DNA of 64,000 bases from Bdellovibrionota bacterium (GCA_041739995.1 JBGSMV010000059.1:1-64000), one strand, 5' to 3'. Positions 29,722 through 40,827 are shown, numbered from the stretch's first letter. Notes: generated by a model from the sequence alone, not told the origin. Numbers and translations are program-made.

Positions 29722-30017
29722 AAAGGGGCTCCTTTGCCAGAAATCAACGACTAAAGGTAGGTTATGTAGTTCTGATAATCAAATAAGCGGGCTAAACCAT
29801 CGATTTTTACGGGATTTGCTAAGCAAAAGTAGTGAACCTATTATTGTCTCGTACCGCAAACGCAGTTCGCACAGATGGTTTCGTGCGGCTAGTATTGGCG
29901 TTGCGAATAGTGGTCAATCGTTCTGACCTTTGTGGTATCGAGCGCTGTGAAAGGTTTTGCCCGCCCCCGGATTCGAGCGGGGTCACGTTTGCAAGTCGCG
30001 ATGATGCATAGGAACTT

Positions 30018-31097
30018 ATGAATGCGAGCCCTCTTGACGCACATTCTGTTGACGAGACTTTCAGGGCGCTTCAACCGAAGCTCGCTCCACTCATGCCCGA
30101 GTTTGAGATTCAACTTAAATCTAAGAAGGTATTCGAAATCAATCAGCTTAAACGCAAACGTGGTGCCATCATCTTGGGGCACAACTACATGGAGCCTGCT
30201 CTGTATCACGGCGTCGCTGATGTAGTCGGAGATTCCTTGCAGCTTTCTCGTATCGCTGCTGAAACCAAAGCTGACCCGATTGTGTTTCTTGGAGTGCGCT
30301 TCATGGCGGAAACCGCCAAGGTGCTTAATCCCAACAAGACAGTATTGCTCCCGTCGCAGTTCGGTGGATGTTCTCTTGCTCAGAGTGTTACCGCGGAAGA
30401 CGTGCGTGCGCTGAAGAAGCGATTCCCTGGGGTGCCGGTGGTCGTCTATATAAATACCTACTCGGAAGTGCATGCAGAAGCTGATGCCGTCTGTACGTCT
30501 AGTAACGCGGCCAAGGTGGTGCAGTCCTTTGACTCAAAGCAGATAATATTCCTGCCTGACGAATACCTGGCCCGTAACGTAGCCAAGGAGACCGGCAAGC
30601 AAATTATTACTGCTTCGCGGGAGGGCCTGCCAACTACAGGCTTGGCTGGTGATAAAGCTGGCAACGGAACCGAGCCAAGCATGGTGGTGTGGAACGGTCG
30701 TTGTGAGGTTCATGAACAGTTTCTTGTGGAAGACGTGGTCAACATCAGAAAACAGTTCCCTGATGTATATGTATTGGCCCACCCTGAGTGCAGCCCTGAA
30801 GTCATAGCTGCCGCGGATTTTTCAGGCAGCACTTCCCGCATGGTGGAAGAGGTCAAAAAGTCCAACGCCTCCCATTACCTGATTCTTACTGAGTGCAGCA
30901 TGGGCGATAACATCATCGCGGCCAATCCAGAAAAGGAGGTTTTGAGGATGTGCAGTGTACGCTGTCCGCATATGGGCGAAATCACGCTCGACCAAACCCT
31001 TGCCTCCCTTGAGAAGTCCCAATTTGAGATTGAGGTACCGATTGAAATTCAAGAACGAGCAAAAGTGGCGCTTGGTCGTATGTTGGCTATTGGGTAG
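30018..31097 (+). CDS. nadA: Quinolinate synthase
   Basis: ILGHNY, GDSLQL, GVRFMAETAK, GCSLA, VYINT, CTSSNA, CEVH, AHPEC, CPHM. Confidence 0.96.
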   Translation: MNASPLDAHSVDETFRALQPKLAPLMPEFEIQLKSKKVFEINQLKRKRGAIILGHNYMEPALYHGVADVVGDSLQLSRIAAETKADPIVFLGVRFMAETAKVLNPNKTVLLPSQFGGCSLAQSVTAEDVRALKKRFPGVPVVVYINTYSEVHAEADAVCTSSNAAKVVQSFDSKQIIFLPDEYLARNVAKETGKQIITASREGLPTTGLAGDKAGNGTEPSMVVWNGRCEVHEQFLVEDVVNIRKQFPDVYVLAHPECSPEVIAAADFSGSTSRMVEEVKKSNASHYLILTECSMGDNIIAANPEKEVLRMCSVRCPHMGEITLDQTLASLEKSQFEIEVPIEIQERAKVALGRMLAIG

Positions 31098-31160
31098 CCC
31101 TCACCCTGCCTCGACTTGCACAAGGCCCACGGTTATAGCCGGTTAAGAAGCTCCCATGGC

Positions 31161-31189
31161 TTGATCCGCATCCATTATGTCCCTATGAT
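31161..31189 (+). promoter_or_regulatory. Putative sigma70 promoter for tRNA-Ala
   Basis: TTGATC-N17-TATGAT ending 14 bp upstream of the tRNA. Confidence 0.55.
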
Positions 31190-31202
31190 TTAACTTCAAT
31201 GA

Positions 31203-31275
<73 letters not shown>

Positions 31276-31471
31276 TTCGACTCGCTTCGCTCGCTCATGG
31301 CAAGCCGTTTCGAATCGGGAGCGAGGCGAATGCGAGAGGGCGGTTCGATTTGGGTGCAGCTCTGTCCATACACGTTCCCCTATTGGGGCGAGTCTTTTCG
31401 ATAGATTGAACCGGTGACCATTAGATTAGATGGCAGGTAGATTAGATGGCAGGAATTTTGAGATTGAAGTT

Positions 31472-32029
31472 ATGAAGGCAAGTGATATTCGTCGCGGCGT
31501 TGTATTGATGTACAACAAAGTTCCCCATCGTGTAATGGATTTCAATCACCATACTCCTGGTAACCTGCGCGCCATGGTGCAGACCAAGCTGCGCAACTTG
31601 CTTTCAGGGAACCAGACCGAAGTGCGCTTCAGCTCCACCGAAGACCTTGAGGAAGCAGATGTTCATACGGGTGCGGCCACCTACCTGTATGCGGATGGCA
31701 ACGGGTTCCATTTTATGAACGCGGAGACTTACGAAGAGATCACCTTAAACACTGAGCTGCTTGGCGAGAGTCGTTTTTATCTCCAAGAGCAAATGAGCGT
31801 TGAGATCACCAGTTTTGAGGGTAACCCGATTGGAATCAGCCTCCCCACATCCGTAGTTCTTGAAATCGAAGACACCTCGCCCGAGTTGCGCGGTGCCACG
31901 GCGAGCAATTCCCCCAAGCCAGCCAAGACCACCACGGGATTGCAGTTGAACGTGCCTCCATTTGTGAAAATTGGGGACAAGATCACAGTTAACACCGCAG
32001 ACGGTAGTTACGTCGGACGAGTTCAGTAA
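31472..32029 (+). CDS. efp: Elongation factor P (PGNL loop type)
   Basis: HHTPGNLRAMVQTKLRNL, YLYADG..FHFMN.ETYE, GATASNSPKPA, VPPFV; start taken as ATG 31472. Confidence 0.95.
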   Translation: MKASDIRRGVVLMYNKVPHRVMDFNHHTPGNLRAMVQTKLRNLLSGNQTEVRFSSTEDLEEADVHTGAATYLYADGNGFHFMNAETYEEITLNTELLGESRFYLQEQMSVEITSFEGNPIGISLPTSVVLEIEDTSPELRGATASNSPKPAKTTTGLQLNVPPFVKIGDKITVNTADGSYVGRVQ

Positions 32030-32326
32030 CGACCGAGGCGAAAAGATTTTCCAACTTCGTGCGAGGGGTCATCAAAGTAACCCATGTTTCTACCTTCGTG
32101 CGCTTCGTGGTCTTCAAAGGTTAATAAAATTTCAGCCAATTTCTAGAGTTTGCTTGCACCACTAAGATTTAGATTCTCAGCGTCTTCCTAGTGTTCTGAG
32201 GGAAGAGTTCGATGAATCATTCTTGCCGATCTCGTTTCTCTCTATGTGGGCATATCAAATGAATCACACAATGAGTTTAGCGAGAACAGCGAGAAAAATA
32301 CTTAAATGAACCTCTGACTCAGCACA

Positions 32327-34309
32327 CTAGCTTGATAATCGCGAGCGAACCTCCTTCGCAATGACATCAACGACGCTCGGATCTGCCAGCGTTGAGACGT
32401 CCCCAAGACTACCAAATTCCCCTTCTACCATTTTTCTTAAAATGCGGCGCATGATTTTGCCTGAACGTGTCTTGGGAAGTCCGGGCACAAAGTGAATTTG
32501 GTCGGGGACCGCGAAGGCACCGATGTGTTTGCGTACGGAGGCTCGTACCGCATCTGCAGCTTTCGCGAGTTGGTTCTCGGAAGTGTCAGCCGAGCGTAAT
32601 ATGCAAAAGGCATAAATCCCCGTGCCTTTCACATCGTGCGGAAACCCAACCACGGCAGCTTCTGCAACTACTTGAGAGTGAACAATGGAGCTCTCTATCT
32701 CTGCGGTTCCGAGGCGGTGCCCAGAACAATTTAAGACATCATCCACTCGGCCAGTTATCCAATAGTAGCCGTCTTGATCGCGAATGCAGGCGTCTCCGGT
32801 AAAATATTTTCCTGGAAAAGTAGTGAGGTAAGTATCTATGAACCGCTTATGGTCGCCCCACACGGTGCGCATCATCCCTGGCCACGCTTGCGTAAGACAA
32901 AGTCGCCCCTTTACTCCGTTTCCCTTTAGCTCAGCCCCCGTCTCATCTACGATGACCGGGCTCACTCCAAAGTACGGTAGAGTGGCCGAGCCGGGTTTTA
33001 GATCCGTAACTCCAGGCAGTGGTGTAATCATGATGCCGCCGGTTTCAGTCTGCCACCACGTGTCCACGATCGGGCAGCGCCCTTTGCCAATCCTATTGTA
33101 GTACCAAGCCCAAGCGTCTTCGTTTATTGGTTCACCGACGGAGCCAAGTATGCGCAAGGACGAAAGGTCGTAAGAGTCGACCAAATGGTCACCCTCCTTT
33201 GCCACTGCTCTGATAGCGGTGGGTGCGGTGTAGAATATAGAAACCTTATGTCGGTCAATAACGTCCCAGTAGCGCCCGGCGTCCGGGTAGGTAGGAATCG
33301 ACTCGAACATCACCGTGGTAGCGCCATTACTGAGCGGTCCGTAGACGATATACGAGTGTCCGGTCACCCAGCCGCAGTCAGCGGCGCAGAAGTAAATGTC
33401 ATCGGGCCGAATATCAAACACATCGCGGTGTGTCATGGTGGCATGCAGAAGGTAGCCGCCTGTGGTGTGAAGCACGCCCTTGGGCTTTCCTGTTGAACCG
33501 GAGGTATAGAGGATAAAAAGCGGATCTTCCGCTTCCATCACCTCAGCTCCGCCATCGGCGGGCGAGTCGTGCATGGCTTCTGCAAGCCACAGGTCTCTAC
33601 CTGCGGTCATAGAAACCTCGGTAGGCGTGCGGCGCGCCACCATGACAGTAGTGACCGACAGGCAGTTCAAGAGAGCTTCGTCTACCGTTTGCTTAAGTGG
33701 GATAGTCTTCGCTCCTCTAAGTCCCTCATTCGCGGTTATGACGGCGACGCATTGACAGTCATTAATGCGGTCTGAAAGAGATTCGGCCGAGAAGCCAGCA
33801 AACACTACCGTGTGAATGGCCCCAATGCGTGCGCACGCCAGCATTGAAAACGCCAGCTCAGGAATCATGGGCATGTAAATGGCGACTCTATCACCACGCT
33901 TCACGCCTCTCGATTTCAATACATGCGAAATCTTGCATACAGCCTCAAGAGATTCCTGATAGGTATAGGTGCGGGTTTCGCCCGGCTCGTTTCCTTCCCA
34001 AATAATCGCTGGTTTGTCGCCCTGCAGCGGGATGTGTCGGTCCAGGCAATTCACTGAAACATTGAGTCTGCCGCCCTCGAACCAACGAATATGTCCGGTG
34101 GTAAGACTGCAGTTTCGCACCGATTTCCAAGGAGTTTCCCACTCTAGAAGGTCTGCCGCCTTCTCGGCCCAGAATTGCTCTGGCTGCTCAATCGATCTGC
34201 GGTACTCACGCTGGTAGGTACCTGCATCAATGAGCGCACCGATTTTTGCTCTCTCGATTACCGGAATCTTCGCAACGCCAGACATCATATCGCTCATCGG
34301 GAACTCCAC
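32327..34309 (-). CDS. acs: Acetyl-CoA synthetase
   Basis: YTSGSTGKPKG, GWVTGHSY, VDTWWQTETGG, GRVDDV, PKTRSGKIMRR; start may be slightly downstream. Confidence 0.97.
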   Translation of the reverse strand: MEFPMSDMMSGVAKIPVIERAKIGALIDAGTYQREYRRSIEQPEQFWAEKAADLLEWETPWKSVRNCSLTTGHIRWFEGGRLNVSVNCLDRHIPLQGDKPAIIWEGNEPGETRTYTYQESLEAVCKISHVLKSRGVKRGDRVAIYMPMIPELAFSMLACARIGAIHTVVFAGFSAESLSDRINDCQCVAVITANEGLRGAKTIPLKQTVDEALLNCLSVTTVMVARRTPTEVSMTAGRDLWLAEAMHDSPADGGAEVMEAEDPLFILYTSGSTGKPKGVLHTTGGYLLHATMTHRDVFDIRPDDIYFCAADCGWVTGHSYIVYGPLSNGATTVMFESIPTYPDAGRYWDVIDRHKVSIFYTAPTAIRAVAKEGDHLVDSYDLSSLRILGSVGEPINEDAWAWYYNRIGKGRCPIVDTWWQTETGGIMITPLPGVTDLKPGSATLPYFGVSPVIVDETGAELKGNGVKGRLCLTQAWPGMMRTVWGDHKRFIDTYLTTFPGKYFTGDACIRDQDGYYWITGRVDDVLNCSGHRLGTAEIESSIVHSQVVAEAAVVGFPHDVKGTGIYAFCILRSADTSENQLAKAADAVRASVRKHIGAFAVPDQIHFVPGLPKTRSGKIMRRILRKMVEGEFGSLGDVSTLADPSVVDVIAKEVRSRLSS

Positions 34310-34523
34310 TAGAACAATGCTTCAAAGGCGCTTATGTAAGATCAAAGAAGCAAGAATATGCTCGAACTGAGCTCATCATGCACCATCTTCACTTAGGACA
34401 GCAGGTATATTCAACCGCAGTTTAGCGGGAGCCGTCTAGTCGAGGGAATGAGAGCTGCACGGTGCTTCTGCCGTGAGTTTATATGAGCATTTCTACTGTG
34501 GGCCACGTTAGACTAGTCTTTCA

Positions 34524-35038
34524 ATGCGCGCAGTGGAGCAGGTAAACACGGGGCGAAAGATAGAAATTTCAGCAAGTGCCCATTTGGGAAACTTTGTGCT
34601 TGGCGCCGTCGACGGCACAGTAGCTACTTTCGCCATAGTTGCGGGAGCGCATATCGATCAGGGGGTTCGAGTGGCTCTCATTCTTGGAGTCGCAAACTAT
34701 TGGCCGACGGTTTCAGTATGGGCTCCAGCAATTTTCTTAAGTCCAAGTCCAATGAGGCTATGAACGGTGGAGCAGTCTTGCTAAGCGCACCGGCCGGGTC
34801 TGTCAGCGTCGAGGCGTGGCATGCGGCGATCGGTACCTTTATCGCTTTTATCGCGGTGGGCATGCTTCCTCTCCTACCTTTTGCCATTTCCGTTATGTGG
34901 GGAGGCGAAGGTTACGGGAATATGGAGGCGCTCCACACGCTGTCCTTGATTAGCGCAGCAATTACCTTCGCCTGCTTCGTCGGCACAGGGGCGCCTGCAT
35001 ACCTCTTTGGGCATGCTCATTCGGCGCTCGTTCAGTAG
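34524..35038 (+). pseudogene. Frameshifted and shortened VIT1/CCC1-family Fe/Mn transporter
   Basis: One frame gives FVLGAVDGTVATFAIVAG...ILGVAN and another continues LADGFSMGSSNFL...TFIAF..VGMLPLLPF; one base appears missing near 34697; C-terminal helices absent. Confidence 0.8.
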
Positions 35039-35064
35039 TGACCAGCGACTCGGGAGCGCGAAAT

Positions 35065-37686
35065 CTATGCGGCTTCGGCTTCCGTCCGAGCACTGGCCTG
35101 AACCGAAAGCTCGCCATCCTTTAACTCAATGGTCACCAGAGAGTGATCTGCGAGTTCTCCCGAAATTATCTGTCTTCCAATTTTAGTCTCGAGCTCACGC
35201 TGTATGAAGCGCTTGAGCGGTCTGGCGCCATATACCGGGTCGTAACCTGATGTCGCGATAAACTCCTTGGCCTTCAGTGTAATCTCTAGAGCGATGTGCC
35301 TGTCCTTAAGACGTTGGCGAACTTCGTCCAAGAGTAGCTCAACAATCGAAGAAATCTCCGAAATACTCAGTGGCTTAAACAGCACGATATCATCAACGCG
35401 ATTTAAGAATTCGGGTCTAAAGTGCTGGCGCAACTCGCCCATTACCTTATTTCTCGCGCTCTCTGATATTTGCCCTTGAGCATCAATTCCCTCGAGCAAA
35501 TGCGGCGATCCTATATTTGAGGTCAATATGATGACCGTATTTTTGAAATCTACTGTTCTTCCCTGGGAATCAGTGACACGTCCATCATCGAGAATCTGCA
35601 AAAGAACGTTAAAAACGTCATGATGAGCTTTCTCAATCTCATCGAAAAGCACTACTGAGTAGGGCTTTCTACGAATTTCTTCGGTCAGCTGTCCGCCCTC
35701 TTCGTAGCCTACATATCCAGGAGGCGCTCCAATCAAGCGTGACACGGCATGGCGCTCCATGTATTCGCTCATGTCAATGCGTACAAGGTTGTCCTCTGAG
35801 TCGAACAAGGTAGCTGCCAAGGTGCGGGCAAGTTCGGTTTTCCCTACCCCGGTTGGCCCAAGAAACAAAAACGACCCTATCGGGCGTTTGGGGTCCTTAA
35901 TCCCCGCGCGCGCTCTGATTACTGCGTCCGCTACTAGCTGCACTGCTTCATCTTGGCCAATCACGCGCTGATGAAGTACTTCATCGAGCTTCAGTAGCTT
36001 CTCTCGCTCTCCTTCGACTAATCGCGCTACTGGAATTCCGGTCCAACGAGAAACAATCTCTCCGATCTCCTCTTCGGTAACTTGCTCACGCAACATGCGG
36101 TCCGCGCCCGCCACTTTGCCTTCGAGGTCACGCAATTCGGTCTGAAGGGTCGGAAGTGCGCCGTGTCTCAGTTCCGCTGCGCGGTTAAGGTCGTAATCTC
36201 TCTCGGCTTTAGCCATGGCGAGCTTCGTTTGTTCTATGCGCTCGCGGATCGCTTGCACTTTGTGAATGGACTGCTTCTCGGCGTCCCAACGTGCACGCAT
36301 GGTCTGGGAGTTGTTCTTCAGACCTACAAGCTCCTTGCGAAGCTCTTCGAGGCGCTTGAAACTCCCCTCGTCGTCTTCTTTCTTAAGCGCTGCTTCTTCA
36401 ATCTCTAATTGCATTACCCGTCTGGTAACTTCATCAAGTTCGGTTGGCATGGAATCAATTTCAGTGCGAACAGTCGCACAGGCTTCGTCCATCAGGTCGA
36501 TGGCCTTATCAGGAAGAAATCGGTCAGAAATATAGCGATGCGAAAGATTTGCTGCCGCCACAAGCGCACCGTCCAGAATCCGCACTCCGTGATGCACCTC
36601 AAAGCGTTCTTTAATTCCTCTTAGAATCGAGATGGTATCTTCGACGTCTGGTTGTTCGACTAGTACCGTCTGGAATCGCCGCTCAAGAGCGGCGTCCTTC
36701 TCAATATGTTTTCGATACTCATCTAAGGTAGTGGCACCAATGCAATGCAGCTCTCCACGGGCAAGCATGGGTTTGAGCATATTGCCGGCGTCCATCGAGC
36801 CCTCGGCCTTTCCGGCACCCACAATAGTATGCAGCTCATCAATGAACAGAATAATGCGTCCATCTGCATTTTTGATTTCTTGCAGCACTGCCTTAAGACG
36901 CTCTTCAAACTCTCCTCTGTATTTTGCCCCGGCGACAAGCGAGCCCATATCAAGTGCAAAGATGGTTTTGTTCTTGAGCCCCTCTGGAACGTCTCCGCGG
37001 ACGATACGTTGCGCGAGACCTTCAACAATGGCGGTCTTGCCTACGCCTGGTTCGCCGATAAGAACTGGGTTGTTCTTGGTCTTTCGAGACAAGATGCGTA
37101 TGACACGACGAATCTCGCCGTCACGACCAATCACCGGATCAATTTTTCCGAGCTTGGCCTGTTCAACAAGGTCACGACCGTAGCGCTCAAGCGCTTCATA
37201 AGTAGCTTCCGGATTAGCGCTTTGTACGCGTTGGTTGCCTCGAACGGCAGTAAGCCCTTTCAGGAATTTGTCTCGACTGAGTTTATGACCAGTAAAGAGC
37301 TTTCCAAGCGGCGAGGTTACTGGCTCTTCCAGCATGGCCAGTACTAGATGCTCGACTGAAACGTACTCGTCTTTGAGGCGCTTTGCTTCCTCATCAGCCT
37401 TCACCAGCATGCGGTTGAGTCGCTGGCTGAGATATATCTTTCCGGCTTCAGATCCGGGGCCAGAGACGCTGGGGCGTTGTTCGAGCAAACGTTGGACGTC
37501 GGCACCTAAGGCAGCACCATCAACATCAAGCTTTTCAAGCATGCGGCCAATGAGGCCGTCGGATTGTTCGCAAAGGGCAAGCAGCACGTGCTCTGCGTCA
37601 ACTTCCTGGTGCCCAAAACGGACAGCGAGTTGTTGACCGCTGCTAATCGCCTCTTGGGACTTCTGAGTAAGCTTATTTATATCCAT
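35065..37686 (-). CDS. clpB: Chaperone ClpB
   Basis: Two AAA modules ([16 protein letters not shown]) with a long middle coiled coil; 873 aa. Confidence 0.98.
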   Translation of the reverse strand: MDINKLTQKSQEAISSGQQLAVRFGHQEVDAEHVLLALCEQSDGLIGRMLEKLDVDGAALGADVQRLLEQRPSVSGPGSEAGKIYLSQRLNRMLVKADEEAKRLKDEYVSVEHLVLAMLEEPVTSPLGKLFTGHKLSRDKFLKGLTAVRGNQRVQSANPEATYEALERYGRDLVEQAKLGKIDPVIGRDGEIRRVIRILSRKTKNNPVLIGEPGVGKTAIVEGLAQRIVRGDVPEGLKNKTIFALDMGSLVAGAKYRGEFEERLKAVLQEIKNADGRIILFIDELHTIVGAGKAEGSMDAGNMLKPMLARGELHCIGATTLDEYRKHIEKDAALERRFQTVLVEQPDVEDTISILRGIKERFEVHHGVRILDGALVAAANLSHRYISDRFLPDKAIDLMDEACATVRTEIDSMPTELDEVTRRVMQLEIEEAALKKEDDEGSFKRLEELRKELVGLKNNSQTMRARWDAEKQSIHKVQAIRERIEQTKLAMAKAERDYDLNRAAELRHGALPTLQTELRDLEGKVAGADRMLREQVTEEEIGEIVSRWTGIPVARLVEGEREKLLKLDEVLHQRVIGQDEAVQLVADAVIRARAGIKDPKRPIGSFLFLGPTGVGKTELARTLAATLFDSEDNLVRIDMSEYMERHAVSRLIGAPPGYVGYEEGGQLTEEIRRKPYSVVLFDEIEKAHHDVFNVLLQILDDGRVTDSQGRTVDFKNTVIILTSNIGSPHLLEGIDAQGQISESARNKVMGELRQHFRPEFLNRVDDIVLFKPLSISEISSIVELLLDEVRQRLKDRHIALEITLKAKEFIATSGYDPVYGARPLKRFIQRELETKIGRQIISGELADHSLVTIELKDGELSVQASARTEAEAA

Positions 37687-37699
37687 GCATATCAGTTAA

Positions 37700-38737
37700 T
37701 CACTGAGCACGAGGATTAAAAGGGGAAATTTCTGACAGTTTTACGTAAAGTTCTCGCTCCGGGGCGCTGACCTCAGCTGGAGTGACAATCAGGACCTGTG
37801 CATAGGCGTCGCCACGCTCCGTGTCGCTCTTTGGAAGCCCTCGGCCACGTAATCGAAGACGTTGACCGGTTCTTGCTCCCGCTGGAACTTGAAGCTTAAC
37901 GGCCCCGTCAGGCAACTCCAGCTCTACTTCACCACCGAGCACAGCCTCCCAAGGGGAAACCTTTAGGGTAGCGATAAGATCGAAGTCTTTTAGCTTCAAT
38001 TCAGGTGTGTCTCTAAGCTGGATGCGAATCAAAACATCCGTGCCGCTGGGGCCTTGGCCCTTTAACCGAATGACAGAGCCATTCTTGGTACCGGGACGGA
38101 GCTTTACTTCGTACTGCTTTTTCTCTCGCTGCTGTGAGCCATCAGGCTGAGTAGTGACTAGTTCAAGTGAAATCGATTTTGATTGACGTCGCAGCAGGTC
38201 GAGAATGCTTACTTCGAGAGGAAGCGGATCTTGCGCGGGGGCCTTAGGTGCTCTTGATTGGCGAGTCCTTCCCGCATGCTGGGCGCCGGCACCAAAGGGA
38301 GACCCCGCACCAAATGGGCCAGCAGCTTGGGCTCTGGACTGCGCAGATTGTCGTCCCCTGCTGGACTGACTGCCGAATTCACTTCCAAACACGGCACCGA
38401 AGAAATCGCTAAAATCAAACCCCGAATCTCCTCCCGAGGAGAATTCGAAGCCTCCGCCGCCTTGGTTTTTGAACTGACTAAAATCGAAGCCTGGAGGTGG
38501 TTTGAATTCCTGACCTGACTGCCAGTTCGCGCCCAGGGCATCATAGCGCTTGCGCTTCTCAGGGTCGCCAATGACCTCGTTCGCTTCATTCACCAGTTTG
38601 AACCTATCTTCAGCCCCCGCTTCCTTATTCACGTCAGGGTGGTACTTGCGCGCAAGTTTCCGGAACGCACGCTGAATATCGTCCTGTGAGGCCGTTCGAG
38701 ATACTCCTAGTGCTTCGTAGTAGTCTTGGTACTTCAT
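37700..38737 (-). CDS. Class B J-domain protein (CbpA/DnaJ-like, no zinc finger)
   Basis: ARKYHPDVNK J-domain, G/F-rich region, C-terminal SPWEAVLG...LRLRGRG; directly upstream of clpB. Confidence 0.92.
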   Translation of the reverse strand: MKYQDYYEALGVSRTASQDDIQRAFRKLARKYHPDVNKEAGAEDRFKLVNEANEVIGDPEKRKRYDALGANWQSGQEFKPPPGFDFSQFKNQGGGGFEFSSGGDSGFDFSDFFGAVFGSEFGSQSSRGRQSAQSRAQAAGPFGAGSPFGAGAQHAGRTRQSRAPKAPAQDPLPLEVSILDLLRRQSKSISLELVTTQPDGSQQREKKQYEVKLRPGTKNGSVIRLKGQGPSGTDVLIRIQLRDTPELKLKDFDLIATLKVSPWEAVLGGEVELELPDGAVKLQVPAGARTGQRLRLRGRGLPKSDTERGDAYAQVLIVTPAEVSAPERELYVKLSEISPFNPRAQ

Positions 38738-38967
38738 AGTTCAGTGGCAAATTTGCCTAATCATTAAGTAACCACTGGCGGGGCATTTATAAAGGGGTTT
38801 AGACCATTGGCAGGTTTCTACTACTCCTCAAAATCATGCGAGATTACTTACTGTTAGCTCGATAGCGAAGCATCCTAGTCGTTCAGGTGCTGACTGGGAA
38901 GCGTTGGGATCATATGAAGGGCTGGGTACCTAAGAAAAACGAAAAAAAGAAACATTAACGCGCAACC

Positions 38968-39219
38968 GTGATAGTTCCGCTACGGTTCGTCTCCCTTTGG
39001 GAAGTCACCAGTCTTGCGCCAACCCAGTGGTTTCTATCGAGGAGTCCGCCCTATCCCGAGATGTATAGTGATGCCGTTGTCGGCGATAGCGGTAACCGCC
39101 TGTTCACTTTGGTTAACGGCGAGCTAGTGCTCATGATGACGTTCTTCTCCAATGGCGGTGGCCCGCTATACACTTCAAAAACTCGGACGGCCTTCTCACG
39201 GAAGCGATCGATAATCTAG
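38968..39219 (+). pseudogene. Fragment of a trypsin-like protease gene resembling the C-terminus of the 1549..3249 protein
   Basis: AVVGDSGNRLFTLVNGELVLMMTFFSNGGGPLY versus AISGDSGNPGFVYYDGTLILVSQFWTGGYGTGPYF. Confidence 0.6.
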
Positions 39220-39494
39220 GCTGGCGCTAGGCTCTCGTTGCCTTCGTTCAAGGCTAGAAATCGTCGTCTTCTCCACGACCACAGCGGTCAAAGCGCGCCC
39301 CCCCCCAGCCCTAGGGCCCGGAGATTCGTCTCACACAGGCAGGCGATTAGACGGGGTGTGTGACTTAATGCCGCCAGCGAAACCGACCCAAACCTCGACA
39401 GGCGGTACTTGGCATAAAGCGACTCGGGGCATCCGTGACACCCTCGAATGGAGCAACAGCGCCCAGGATAGAGCGAAAATAATCGATTCCTCCC

Positions 39495-40295
39495 ATGGCA
39501 AACCTCATCTATTTTAAGCATATGGGCATCGTAGTGCTTCTCATCATTGCCGTCGGTGTGGCGTTCATGGTTCTCGAACGAATCTTCCCCGACCAAGAGC
39601 TCGCGGAAGTGCCTGGGTGGTGGCTGCGGGTGATCTTCCTGAATGTACTTCAACTTGGGGTGGTATTTCTCGGCGGCGTTAGTTGGGAACACTGGTTCGT
39701 CGGATACTCCGCACTCTCGCTCAATGAGCTCTCAATCCTCGTGCAGATACCGATCGCGTACCTGCTGATCACTTTCGTCTTTTATTTTTGGCATAGAGCC
39801 CGGCACGATATCAACGTCCTCTGGCTTAGCTGTCATCAGTTGCACCACAGCCCTAGCCGGATAGAGACGATCACCTCTTTTTACAAACATCCGGTTGAAT
39901 TAATCGCGAACGGAATCATTATCTCCTTTCTTAACTTCGCAGTCTTGGGAATTACCGTTGAGGCGGGAGTTTGGACAACTTTTGTAACTGCGGTCGCTGA
40001 GTTTTTCTATCATATGAATATTCGCACGCCGCACTGGGTCGGATATTTTTTGCAGCGACCAGAGATGCATCGCATCCATCATGAACGTGACAAACACTAC
40101 TACAATTTTGCCGATCTTCCGGTGTGGGACATGATATTCGGCACCTATCGGAATCCACCGCACTTTGCAGGACCATGTGGGTTCAAGCCAGGGCGAGAAG
40201 AGTCGTTTTGGAGGATGCTTTCGTTTCTAAATGTGAATAACCCCTTTTCCGGAAAAAGCGGAATGAGAACCGGGAAAAAGCGGAGCGAGAAGTAG
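39495..40295 (+). CDS. Sterol desaturase / fatty acid hydroxylase family membrane di-iron enzyme
   Basis: His boxes YFWHRARH, HQLHHS, FYHMN, HRIHH; start may be 9 codons downstream. Confidence 0.92.
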   Translation: MANLIYFKHMGIVVLLIIAVGVAFMVLERIFPDQELAEVPGWWLRVIFLNVLQLGVVFLGGVSWEHWFVGYSALSLNELSILVQIPIAYLLITFVFYFWHRARHDINVLWLSCHQLHHSPSRIETITSFYKHPVELIANGIIISFLNFAVLGITVEAGVWTTFVTAVAEFFYHMNIRTPHWVGYFLQRPEMHRIHHERDKHYYNFADLPVWDMIFGTYRNPPHFAGPCGFKPGREESFWRMLSFLNVNNPFSGKSGMRTGKKRSEK

Positions 40296-40296
40296 A

Positions 40297-40827
40297 ATGT
40301 CCGCCTTCAGAAATCAATTTCTGGTGATTCTAGTGCTCGCTATCGGGAGTCTCCAGCTCGTTGGATATTTAACGGGGGTCGAATCCGTCCGGAAAATCGG
40401 GCAGCTCACTGCCGCGTCTCCTCTACCTTTAGTATTCTCGCACTTTAGAGAGTTGGAAACGTTCTCGCCCAAATTCTCTGTCCTCTTAGGAACTGATGGT
40501 ACTAGAGAAGCGTCGGAAGTTATTTCGATTACTCCGCAAAATTACAGCTTGCTTGCCGGTCCATATAATCGAAGAAACGTCTACGGTGTGGCATTCGCCT
40601 ACGGGGCCGTGCTGCAACAAGAGCAAGAACGAGCGCTTGTTCAAAGTGTGCTGTGCTATGGATTTAGAGACGGCGGACCCGTGCGTCGAATTATTGAACA
40701 AGCCAATATAGAGCGCGCTGGTAAGAAGACCTCCCCGTTCGCACCAGGGACACCGTTGGGCATTCGGATTGACCCAAAGAACAAGCCTACTCAGATGGTT
40801 GAACTTTGGCCGGAGTGCTTGCCATGA
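40297..40827 (+). CDS. Hypothetical membrane-anchored protein
   Basis: N-terminal TM segment; ASPLPLVF and GPYNRRNVYG; 1 bp after the desaturase stop and overlapping the next start (ATGA). Confidence 0.75.
   Translation: MSAFRNQFLVILVLAIGSLQLVGYLTGVESVRKIGQLTAASPLPLVFSHFRELETFSPKFSVLLGTDGTREASEVISITPQNYSLLAGPYNRRNVYGVAFAYGAVLQQEQERALVQSVLCYGFRDGGPVRRIIEQANIERAGKKTSPFAPGTPLGIRIDPKNKPTQMVELWPECLP

Noticed and set aside
29959..30001. tRNA-Cys-like fragment on the minus strand (ACTTGCAAA...CCCCGCTCGAATCCGGGG)
   Set aside because: No acceptor stem or D arm can be built and the T loop lacks TTC; may be chance or an unrecognisable relic.
36082..37636. Long antisense ORFs over clpB, and similar ones over acs, ispH, ppk2 and prs
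   Set aside because: Shadow ORFs on the opposite strand of well-conserved genes, with no recognisable motifs.
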